A stretch of DNA of 64,000 bases, from NCBI GenBank assembly GCA_963555815.3, contig CAUVWX020000001.1, positions 224,001-288,000 of the forward strand, read 5' to 3'. How positions within the stretch are numbered: position 1 is the stretch's first letter; the number at the start of each line of letters is the position of its first letter. The position numbers and the translations under genes were made by a program. The stretch comes from a bacterium (GTDB lineage Bacteria; UBA8248; JACPRG01; G963555815). The notes under the pieces were generated by a model, which made no database searches, had not been told where the DNA came from, and saw only the letters and a list, made by a program, of their open reading frames with translations. Shown here in pieces: positions 47,143-55,910 of the stretch.

Positions 47143-48555
47143 ATGAATAAGAAGTTCAGGGTCGAGAAGGATTCTCTGGGGGATGTCAAGGTACCGGCCG
47201 ACGCCCTTTATGGCGCCCAGACGCAGCGAGCGGTGCACAACTTTCCCGTGAGCGGGGTCCGGGAACATCCCGATTTCATCAAGGCCTACGCCCTTATCAA
47301 AAAGGCTGCTGTCGAAGCGGCACACTCTCTGAAAGCGATGGACAGATGGCGGGCTCAGGCCATCGTAAAGGCCGCGAACGAGGTTATCTCGGGAAAGCAC
47401 CAAAAAGAATTCGTCCTCGACGTCTTTCAAGCTGGGGCGGGAACCTCCTTCAACATGAACACCAATGAGGTCATCGCCAACCGGGCCCTGGAGATCCTCA
47501 AAAAACCTAAGGGGAACTACAAGACCCTTTCGCCCAACGACCATGTCAACTTCGGCCAGAGCACCAACGACAGTTTCCCGACGGCGATCCGCCTGGGAGG
47601 GCTCTTCCAGCGGCAAAAACTCCTTCCCGTCCTGGACAACCTGGCAAAAGCCTTTGAGGCGAAAGGACGAGAGTTTCAAGGGGTCCTCAAATCGGGCCGG
47701 ACCCATCTGCAGGACGCCGTCCCCATCACGCTCGGCCAGGAGTTTCGGGCCTACGGGGCAGCCCTTCGACGCGCCCGAAGACGCCTCAAAGACGCAAGCG
47801 ACGAGCTTCTGGAACTCCCCCTCGGGGGAAACGCGGTCGGGACCGGAGTCAACACCCCAAAGGGGTTCCGAGAAAGGGTGGTCCGAAACCTCGCCCGCTA
47901 CACGCGCCTCAAGCTCCGCCCTTCCGACGACCCCATGGAGATGATCCAATCCCAGCAGCCCGTCGCCGCCACCTCCGGAGCCCTTCGGGACCTCGCGTTG
48001 GAGCTGAGCCGCATCGCAAGCGATCTCAGGCTTCTGTCCTCGGGGCCGACGACGGGGATCGACGAGATCCGGCTTCCCCCGGTCCAGCCGGGCTCTTCCA
48101 TCATGCCCGGCAAGGTGAACCCGGTGATGGCCGAGTGCCTCAACATGATAGCTTTTCAGGTCATCGGCTACGACACGACCATCGCCCACGCTGTCCAGGG
48201 GGGCCAGCTGGACCTCAACGTCATGATGCCGATCATGGCCTATGACCTCATGATGGCCTTTGAGATCCTCATCAACTACCTTCCGGTCTTTCAGAAGAAG
48301 TGCGTCGATGGGATCAAGGCGCAACCTGAGCGCTGCCTCGGCTATCTGGAGAAGAACCCTGCCCTGGCAACTCTCCTGAACCCCTTCATCGGCTATCTCC
48401 AGGCGGGCGAGATCGCAAAACAAAGTGTTCGAGAGGATCGAAGTGTCCTCGATATTGTGCGGGAGAAAAAAATCCTCACCGAGGCCCAGATCAAAGCGGT
48501 CTTCTCGGTCAAAAATCTCACGGGCCACCTGGAACGGGACTCAAAAAGGCGCTAG
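47143..48555 (+). CDS. aspA: Aspartate ammonia-lyase (fumarase/aspartase family)
   Basis: QAGAGTS.NMN.NEV, QSTND, GRTHLQDA.P, GSSIMPGKVNPV; class II fumarase not excluded. Confidence 0.85.
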   Translation: MNKKFRVEKDSLGDVKVPADALYGAQTQRAVHNFPVSGVREHPDFIKAYALIKKAAVEAAHSLKAMDRWRAQAIVKAANEVISGKHQKEFVLDVFQAGAGTSFNMNTNEVIANRALEILKKPKGNYKTLSPNDHVNFGQSTNDSFPTAIRLGGLFQRQKLLPVLDNLAKAFEAKGREFQGVLKSGRTHLQDAVPITLGQEFRAYGAALRRARRRLKDASDELLELPLGGNAVGTGVNTPKGFRERVVRNLARYTRLKLRPSDDPMEMIQSQQPVAATSGALRDLALELSRIASDLRLLSSGPTTGIDEIRLPPVQPGSSIMPGKVNPVMAECLNMIAFQVIGYDTTIAHAVQGGQLDLNVMMPIMAYDLMMAFEILINYLPVFQKKCVDGIKAQPERCLGYLEKNPALATLLNPFIGYLQAGEIAKQSVREDRSVLDIVREKKILTEAQIKAVFSVKNLTGHLERDSKRR

Positions 48556-48662
48556 AAATGGGGCTTGGGAACGATTCGACCATCATTGCAGGAACGGCTA
48601 AACAACTTCACAAGGTGGCCGTGATAAAACCCCGATTGATGACCACTGGTTAGGCGGCACTG

Positions 48663-49052
48663 ATGTGCGCGGCGCTGTTGCTCGCCTCCCCAATTTCTAG
48701 CCCCGCTGCTGGCGAAAGCCAAAAAACACTTGTTGACGTTCAAGACGTCGCCGTAGAAAAGGTGAACGGGAACATTTTTAGCGTGACAGTGAGCGGGATC
48801 GTCCGGACCGCGGGGTGGATAGTAAATCTACACTCCACAATCTATGACGCACCGCCGGAGATCTGGGTCATCCAAGCGGTGGGAATTGAACCGACTGGTT
48901 TCGTGGCGCAGGTGATCACCCCCTGGACCAGGTCCATCGAACTGAATTTGCCGAAGGAGACCCAGCAGGTCTCAGTGGAAGGGGGTAACCAAACAATCGC
49001 TAAGCCGGTCCCTTGGCAGCAAAAACGCGGGGAGGATCACCCCACACGCTAG
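48663..49052 (+). CDS. Hypothetical exported protein; probable original start GTG 48621 cut by TAG 48651
   Basis: Hydrophobic leader; in-frame upstream VIKPRLMTTG*AAL would supply the basic signal n-region, with an AAGGTGG RBS. Confidence 0.6.
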   Translation: MCAALLLASPISSPAAGESQKTLVDVQDVAVEKVNGNIFSVTVSGIVRTAGWIVNLHSTIYDAPPEIWVIQAVGIEPTGFVAQVITPWTRSIELNLPKETQQVSVEGGNQTIAKPVPWQQKRGEDHPTR

Positions 49053-50407
49053 GAAGCGAGCTCGTTCAGAAGGTGGGCGGCGGTCAGGGTGCCCCGGTAA
49101 AAATTCTCCACCGCAAGACGCTCGTTCGGCGAGTGGATCCGATCATCAGGGCCCCCAAAGCCAATCAGAAGACTTTCAAGACCCAGGACCTCCTTCAGGG
49201 TCGCAACGACGGGGATTGACCCCCCCTCCCGAATGAGGACAGGGGCCTTCCCAAACCCCTTCTCCACGGCCCGGCCGGCCGCGGCCATGGCCGGACTCCT
49301 GGGATCAAGAAGAACAGGCTTTCCCCCCCCGTAATACTTGACCTCGATCTGAACCGTCTCAGGACATTTTTTTCTTATGTAGTCTTCAAATATTTGACTC
49401 ACCTTCTCTGGGTCCTGGTTCGGGACAAGCCGCATGCTCACCTTCGCCCCAGCTTGAGATGGGATGATGGTTTTTACCCCAGACCCTGCGTAGCCCCCGT
49501 AGAGGCCATTCACCTCAAGGGTGGGACGGGCCCACCGCCGCTCCAGCGTCGTGAAACCCTCCTCGCCCGAGAGTTTCAGGCTCCCAGTCGTCTGGAGATA
49601 GGCCCCCTCGTCAAAGGGCAGCTTCGCAAAAGCCTCCCGCTCCCAGTCTGAAGGGGGAATCACGTCATCATAGAACCCGGGGAGGGTCACGCGGCCAGAG
49701 GCCTTGAGTCCGTCGAGGAGTTCAATCAGGACCTGGGCCGGGTTTGCGATGGTGCCGCCGTAGCCCCCAGAATGGAGGTCATGGGAAGGGCCCGTCAAGA
49801 CCACCTCCAAAAAGGCGATTCCCCGGAGCCCGTAAAGGATGGCGGGAACCCCATCGGTGAAGAGAGAGGAATCCGAGACGGCGGCATAGTCCGCCCGCAG
49901 AAGATCTTTTTTTGCGCGCAGGAATTCCTCCATATGCGGGCTTCCCACCTCCTCTTCACCCTCGATAAAAAATTTGACGTTGAGGGGAAGCCTCCCTTTC
50001 GTCTTCAGAAAGGCCTCGGAGGCCTTCAGGTGAGCAAAGTGTTGGCCCTTGTTGTCATGGACCCCTCGGGCGAAGAGATACCCATCTCGAACCTCGGGCT
50101 CAAACGGAGGGCTCTGCCAGAGATCGAGCGGGTCCGGGGGCTGGACATCGTAGTGGCCGTAGATGAGGAGCGTTTTCGCCCCTTTCGCCCCCATCCACTC
50201 GCCATAGACGACGGGAAGACCGGGGGTGGAGAGTAGATTTGTCTTGAAACCAATGGACTGGAGGCGGTCCTTCACAAATTCGGCGCAGGCCAGGGTTTTC
50301 TTCCGATAGGCCGGGTCCGCGCTGACGCTGGGAAAACGAAGGAACTCTTTCAGCTCCTCCAGCGCTTTCTGCCGCCCTTTTTCAATGTGTTCCAGAACTT
50401 CTTTCAT
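49049..50407 (-). CDS. M20 family dipeptidase
   Basis: YGHYDVQP, ARG..DNKGQ, EGEEE.GS, DLHSG, GGSIP, HSPNE. Confidence 0.93.
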   Translation of the reverse strand: MKEVLEHIEKGRQKALEELKEFLRFPSVSADPAYRKKTLACAEFVKDRLQSIGFKTNLLSTPGLPVVYGEWMGAKGAKTLLIYGHYDVQPPDPLDLWQSPPFEPEVRDGYLFARGVHDNKGQHFAHLKASEAFLKTKGRLPLNVKFFIEGEEEVGSPHMEEFLRAKKDLLRADYAAVSDSSLFTDGVPAILYGLRGIAFLEVVLTGPSHDLHSGGYGGTIANPAQVLIELLDGLKASGRVTLPGFYDDVIPPSDWEREAFAKLPFDEGAYLQTTGSLKLSGEEGFTTLERRWARPTLEVNGLYGGYAGSGVKTIIPSQAGAKVSMRLVPNQDPEKVSQIFEDYIRKKCPETVQIEVKYYGGGKPVLLDPRSPAMAAAGRAVEKGFGKAPVLIREGGSIPVVATLKEVLGLESLLIGFGGPDDRIHSPNERLAVENFYRGTLTAAHLLNELAS

Positions 50408-50585
50408 ACCCGGCGAGCCCTCTTTCTTCCCTGAGATTCAAAGGCCAGTTCGATATTCTACGCTCAAAACCAAATTAAGCCCCTGCCCTTTTTTGATCCA
50501 GCTACCTAAGTTATCCTACATTCTTACCAGAGGCAAGAGCAGACGAAACATCTCATCCACTGAATGGGACATTTCCAGAAACGCC

Positions 50586-51782
50586 ATGCCAACGACCATC
50601 GCCCACGTGGACATGGACGCCTTCTTTGTGGCCGTCGAGCGCCTTCACGACCCCTCTCTCGTCGGGAAGCCGGTCGTCGTCGGGGGACACGCTGGAAAGG
50701 GCGTCGTGGCCGCCGCTTCTTACGAAGCGCGAAGATTCGGCGTCCATTCCGCCATGCCGATGGCCAGGGCTCTAAAACTCTGCCCCCAGGCCGTCGTCGT
50801 CTCCCGGGATCACGCCAAATACAGCGAGACCTCAGAAAAGGCCATGAGGGTCCTAGAGAAATATGCGCCCGCTGTGGAACCTGTCAGCATCGACGAAGCC
50901 TATCTGGATCTCACAGGCACAGAACGACTCCTCGGCCCCCCCCTCGCCGTCGCCCACGAGATCCGACAGGCCCTCGAGACCACACTCCAGCTCTCGGCCT
51001 CCATCGGGATCGGACAAAGCCGGGTCTCGGCCAAGATCGCCTCAGGCCTGGCAAAACCAGCGGGCATTCTCTGGGTCCTCCCGGGCCAGGATTCAAAATT
51101 TCTGGCCCCCCTCGCCGTTTCTCACATGCCGGGCATTGGGCCCAAGGCCGAGGCCCGCCTGAGATCCCTCGGCGTGCGGACCCTCGGTGACCTCGCCGCC
51201 TTCCCCCTAGAATCCCTTCGACGAAGATTTGGGGCCATCGCCCAAGAACTTCAGGAGCGGGCCCGCGGGGTGGACTCGACACCCGTCCGGGCGGCCACCG
51301 CCGGGGAGGAGGAGAGTCCGAAATCCATCGGCCGGGAGACCACCTTTGAGGAGGACACGGCGGACCGGGATTTTCTGCGGGCCATCGTGGGGCATCTGGG
51401 AGAGGACGTAGGCGAGCGGCTTCGGCGCGAGGCGCTTTTAGCAAGCACGGTGACGGTCAAGATCCGGTTCGCCGATTTCGAGACCCACACGCACGGGCGG
51501 ACCCTCCCCGAACCCACCGACCTGAATCAGGAGATCGTCTCCGCCGCCCTGGACCTTCTGGAGGAATTTCTGGAAGCCCATCCAAGGGGGATGGGACTTC
51601 GACTTTTGGGCGTGACGGTCTCAAACCTTTCGCCACCCACGTCCCAGCTGGCTCTCTTCGCTGGTCGAAGGGCACGCCTTCGACAGCTCGACAAGGGGGT
51701 GGACCGTCTTCGGGAGCGTTACGGGTTTGACAAGCTGCTCAGGGGCCGTACACTCTCCCTTCGAAAGAGGCCCGAAGCCTGA
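50586..51782 (+). CDS. dinB: DNA polymerase IV (Y family)
   Basis: HVDMDAFF..VE, ASYEAR.FGV.SAMP, SIDEAYLD, AKIAS...KP.G. Confidence 0.95.
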   Translation: MPTTIAHVDMDAFFVAVERLHDPSLVGKPVVVGGHAGKGVVAAASYEARRFGVHSAMPMARALKLCPQAVVVSRDHAKYSETSEKAMRVLEKYAPAVEPVSIDEAYLDLTGTERLLGPPLAVAHEIRQALETTLQLSASIGIGQSRVSAKIASGLAKPAGILWVLPGQDSKFLAPLAVSHMPGIGPKAEARLRSLGVRTLGDLAAFPLESLRRRFGAIAQELQERARGVDSTPVRAATAGEEESPKSIGRETTFEEDTADRDFLRAIVGHLGEDVGERLRREALLASTVTVKIRFADFETHTHGRTLPEPTDLNQEIVSAALDLLEEFLEAHPRGMGLRLLGVTVSNLSPPTSQLALFAGRRARLRQLDKGVDRLRERYGFDKLLRGRTLSLRKRPEA

Positions 51783-51813
51783 GGCCGGGCCCCGTCTCAG
51801 AGGAGTGTTCCGG

Positions 51814-52353
51814 ATGAAGAGAAAACGCGTTGCGATAGGAGAAGTGGCACCAAGCTTTGACCTTCCCGGCGTCGATGGAAAGAGCTGTTCCCTGGAATCC
51901 TTCAAAGGGAAAAAGGCGGTGGTCGTCATGTTCACCTGCAACCACTGCCCGACCGCTCAGGCCTACGAAGAGCGGCTCGTCGCCATCCAGCGGGACTACG
52001 CCGACAAGGGGGTCCAGCTGGTCGCCATCAACGCCAACGAGAGCGTCCATTACCCGGAGGACAATTTTGACAACATGGTCAAAAGAGCCAAGGCCAAGGG
52101 CTACAACTTTCCCTATCTTCGGGATGAGACGCAGCAGGTGGCGAAGGCTTTCGGGGCTGAATACACGCCCGAGATTTTCGTTCTGGATGAAAAGAGCAAG
52201 CTTCGCTACACAGGTCGGATCGACGACAACAGGGATTACCCCAAAAAGGTCAAATCCCACGACTTGAGAAACTCCCTCGACACCCTCCTGGAAGGAAAGG
52301 AGATCTCAAACCCGGAGACCGTCGCCTTCGGCTGCACCATTAAGTGGGCCTGA
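51814..52353 (+). CDS. AhpC/TSA thioredoxin-family protein
   Basis: F.CNHCP, FPYLRDETQ.VAKAFGA..TP, Y.GRIDD, GCTIKW. Confidence 0.92.
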   Translation: MKRKRVAIGEVAPSFDLPGVDGKSCSLESFKGKKAVVVMFTCNHCPTAQAYEERLVAIQRDYADKGVQLVAINANESVHYPEDNFDNMVKRAKAKGYNFPYLRDETQQVAKAFGAEYTPEIFVLDEKSKLRYTGRIDDNRDYPKKVKSHDLRNSLDTLLEGKEISNPETVAFGCTIKWA

Positions 52354-52406
52354 CAGACCCGTGGCAAGATTGCCCGAAGGATCCGTTTGCATAGGAGACA
52401 GTGGCA

Positions 52407-53006
52407 ATGAGCAAAACTGAGAAAGGGATCCGGATCGTGACCATCATCGGCACCACTCGGCCCGGAAACTTCACCTCAAAGGCGATGGCCCTGGTCGTTG
52501 ATGAGTTGCGCAAGCAGCCCAACATTGCCGTCACGGAGATCGACCCCGCCTCCCTCGATCTTCCCTTCCCGGGTTAGGACAAGGATTCGTCTGGGTCGGA
52601 CAAGATAAAAAAAGCCGTCGAAGGGGCCACTGGCATCATCCTGGCCACACCCGAATACCACGGCAGCTTTTCCAGCGTGATGAAACTGGTCATCGAGAAT
52701 CTCGGCTTCCCGTCGGTCCTGTCGGGCAAACCCGTCGCCCTGCTCGGGGTGGCCGCCGGACAAATCGGCGCCATCAAATCCCTGGAACAGCTGCGGGGCG
52801 TGTGTTCTCACATCGGGGCGATTGTTTTGCCCGGGCCGGTCTCTGTGGCGAACGTGCAAGCCGTGTTCGACTCAGAAGGCCGCTGCTTGGACGACAAGGT
52901 CGAGAAGAGAGTCCGCGGTGTGGCCACCAACCTACTCGGGTACATCAAGGAGAGCATTTGTCCCAAGTTTACCCTAGAGCGCTTGGTGCGAGACACAGCG
53001 GCTTGA
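52407..53006 (+). pseudogene. NADPH-dependent FMN reductase interrupted by in-frame TAG 52575-52577
   Basis: GTTRPGNFT..LDLPFPG*DKD..ATPEYHGSFS.VMK..GKPV in one frame. Confidence 0.85.
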
Positions 53007-53072
53007 GAACGCGAAGAAGCGGCGAAGAGATCACGCTTCTGGCGTGAACGGATACATGTCTTCTGAAAAAAG

Positions 53073-53779
53073 ATGACGATGATTACGGTACGGAAATTTG
53101 AGGCCCGAGGCCACGTGAACCACGGGTAGCTTAATATCTATCATACCTTTTCTTTCGGGGGCTACTATGACCCGGAACACATGGGCTTTCGCACGCTCCG
53201 CGTGATCAACGAGGATCGCGTGAAGCCGGGCGCCGGATTCCCTACGCATGCCCATCGGGATATGGAGATCATCACCTACGTGCTGGACGGTGCGATGGAG
53301 CACAAAGACAGTATGCGCAATCATTCTGTCATCCCACGAGGAGAAGTACACTGCATGAGCGCAGGCACTGGCGTGACGCACAGCGAATATAACCACTCCC
53401 AATCGGAGCCAGTCCACTTTCTTACAAATCTAAATTATGCCTGAGTGTATGGGCGTTGAGCCATCCTACGAGCAAAAGATGTACTCGGATGAGGAAAATA
53501 GTGCAAACCTTCGGCTGATCGCATCTAAGAACGGGCGAGATGGCTCTCTCACGATCAATCAGGATGCAGACGTGTACGCTGGCTTGATCGACTCTGGTCA
53601 GGAGATCGTTCACGAACTCAAGCAGGGCCACAACGCTTGGATTCAGGTCGCACGGGGAAGACTAAAGCTCAACAATCTTGCACTGGCTGAAGGCGACGGT
53701 GCACTCGATCTGCAACGAGGCGACGCTACGGATTGTGGGCAACGATAGGGCCGAGGTGCTCGTCTTCGACCTGCCGTGA
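53073..53779 (+). pseudogene. Pirin (YhhW-like) pseudogene
   Basis: [43 protein letters not shown] at 53127, a frameshift plus TAA near 53420-53433, and a second frameshift near 53703. Confidence 0.9.
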
Positions 53780-53892
53780 CGGATGCTGAGAACGACGAGC
53801 ACGTGAGCCCTTCGACGTCTCACGTGACTTGTGCTACAAAGGCTCATCTCTGAAAAATAGCTTCGAAGATTCTTCTAATAGAGAAAAATCAG

Positions 53893-53926
53893 AAAGGGCC
53901 GTTGAAGTCGCCTCCAACAGCCCTTT
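53893..53926 (-). terminator. Intrinsic terminator-like hairpin at the island edge
   Basis: Minus strand GGGCTGTTG..CAACGGCCC-TTT (one G-U pair). Confidence 0.55.
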
Positions 53927-53974
53927 TGCGAAACTGGCTCCCCATCTGATCCTTTCCTCGGAACCATTCTCTGT

Positions 53975-54388
53975 TTGTCAGTCGTAACTTGCTGTCTTGC
54001 TGTATTGAAAGGAGCTATCGTAATCACGCCAGCACCGCAGAGGCGGAAACCATGTCAGGACCGATTCCCGTTTTTCCAGTCGGATCAGCGGGCCGGAATC
54101 GCCGAGTTCGATGGCGGTCTGCCGCGACGGGAAGCCGAAGCACTGGCCTTCGCCTGCTACGTTTCCGAATGGCTGAACCGCAATCCGGTGCACTCACCTC
54201 CCGGCTGCTGTCTCGGCTGCGGTGGAAACGAACAGGCCCATGATCCGTTGCTGCCCCTTGGGACCGAAAACAGCGGTTATGCTTGGCTACACCGTCGCTG
54301 CTGGAACCAGTGGCGCGTGGGCCGGAGATCGCAGGCTGTCTCCGCGTTCGCCGAAATGGGGATCGAGGAAAGGAGCCCCCGACCATGA
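53975..54388 (+). pseudogene. Phage/satellite replication-associated protein fragment
   Basis: RAGIAEFDGGLPR.EAEALA motif plus CLGC and LHRRC; the N-terminus looks non-homologous/truncated. Confidence 0.55.
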
Positions 54389-55068
54389 CCAGGAAGAAGA
54401 CTGCCAAGGGAAAGGAGCCAACGACCGTCGGCGTCAATGACCCGGAGGACTGCAAGGGCACACTCAGGAGCATCGGTGGCTCGCAGTCCGATCACTGGAA
54501 CATTACGCTCGCCAATCAGACGGTTCAGGCACTGTGGCTCAACAACTCGGACGCTGCCGAGCGCGACCGGCAGCTGATCGCCGCCGTCGCTGCGCTGGTC
54601 GGCATCGCGCCGAAGGACGAACTCGAAAGCATGATGACGGCGCAACTGATCGCCGCCCATAACGCCGTGATGGAATGCTACCGCCGCGCCATGATCGGCG
54701 AGCAGACCTTCGAAGGGCGGCGCGAAAGCCTCAATCAGGCGAACAAGCTCTCCCGCACTTGGGCGACGCTTCTCGACGCACTCAACAAGCATCGCGGTAA
54801 GGGCCAGCAGAAGGTGACGGTCGAGCATGTCCACGTCCATGCCGGCGGGCAGGCCGTGGTCTGAAACGTCGATAGACCGGGGGGTGGGGGTGGCGGCAAA
54901 TCGGAGGAACAACCCCTTGCAAAGAGAAACGTCCAAGCCATTGCCCATGCACCTGAGCCCCCGATGTGGAGCCAAGACCCGGAACGGGACGCCGTGCCGG
55001 TCACCCGCGATGTTGAATGGCCGTTGCCGAATGCACGGGGGCAAGTCTCCCGGCGCCCCGATCGGTAA
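54385..55068 (+). pseudogene. Phage-associated hypothetical protein with a premature TGA at 54862-54864
   Basis: P.DELE.M..AQ, RGKGQQKVTVEHVHVHAGGQAVV*NV; the frame stays open to TAA 55068. Confidence 0.6.
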
Positions 55069-55186
55069 CGCCAATGCCCGAAAGCACGGCCGCTATACGG
55101 CGGACGCCATTGCGGAGCGGCGGGAACTAGCAGCACTCATTCGTTCCATGCGCGGGCTTGTGGAGGAAGTGGGCGGGCCGGACTGA
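54947..55186 (+). CDS. HGGxSTG-domain small protein (phage-associated)
   Basis: RCGAKTR.GTPC..PAM.NGRCRMHGGKSPGAP.GNANA.KHG.Y. Confidence 0.8.
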   Translation: MHLSPRCGAKTRNGTPCRSPAMLNGRCRMHGGKSPGAPIGNANARKHGRYTADAIAERRELAALIRSMRGLVEEVGGPD

Positions 55187-55264
55187 GGCCGGAGATGGTG
55201 CCAACGGTTCCTTCCGGCTCGATCTGTACGTGGGAAGCGCAAGACCTGTTGTCGCCTAAACTCA

Positions 55265-55559
55265 ACTGTATACATCGAACCCGGTAGTCCCTGGGAGAAT
55301 GGGTATTGTGAGAGTTTCAATGGGAAGCTGAGAGACGAATGCCTGAATGGTGAGATCTTCTATTCGTTAAAGGAAACCCAGATTGTGATTGAGCCATGGC
55401 GGGAGGAAGATAACACCCGGAGGCCGCACTCGACGTTGAATTATAGACCCCCGGCGGTAGAGGTCTACAATCCATTCCTTCCCCCAACACCGGTTTCACA
55501 GCCTCAGGCTGTCATGTAAACTCTCTCCCAAATAGTGGTACAAAAACTCGCTTTGGTCA
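55265..55559 (+). mobile_element. IS3-family transposase 3' fragment with putative right end
   Basis: Manual translation [37 protein letters not shown], stop 55519; a terminus-like segment ends ..GGTCA at 55559. Confidence 0.85.
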
Positions 55560-55748
55560 ATCTGCTGCCGGATCCTGTCCATTAAGCTGAGCGAGGTCTC
55601 GACGGTCTTTACCCTCGTCCAGGCCTCGCCGCTGTTCGTGGTGCTCATCTCGGCGGTGTTCCCCCTGGAACTCGAGCGGGGGACGCCGAGGGTGGTTCGG
55701 GGGGCGGTGCTGACAGTCGGGGGTGGCATAATGGCCGGCGCTTTTTGA
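55560..55748 (+). pseudogene. 3' fragment of an EamA/DMT transporter
   Basis: EVSTVFTLVQASPLFVVLISAVF..ER.TPRVV.GAVLTVGG pattern directly after the IS end. Confidence 0.6.
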
Positions 55749-55790
55749 CCGGACGCGGCCCATCGCGTGACGCAGCCGGCGCAATATCAG

Positions 55791-55830
55791 GCAGGACACC
55801 GTTGGGCGATGCAGGACACCGTTGGGCGAT
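55791..55830. repeat. Perfect 20-bp tandem duplication
   Basis: GCAGGACACCGTTGGGCGAT x2. Confidence 0.95.
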
Positions 55831-55910
55831 GACGGTTCGGTCGGAAGGCTTGAAGGGGCGTTGGGCTGTATACTGCAAAGATGAATAAATTGCTCAGGGA
55901 GCGTATCAGC

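Noticed and set aside
46198..48528. 776-aa minus-strand ORF as a BioD fusion
   Set aside because: Its N-terminal 530 aa are the antisense shadow of aspA; BioD motifs start at ATG 46935.
50408..50585. LexA box upstream of dinB
   Set aside because: No match to SOS boxes I can recognise.
54862..54864. Second selenocysteine codon
   Set aside because: Context AVV*NV suggests Gly; no redox motif or SECIS-like stem.
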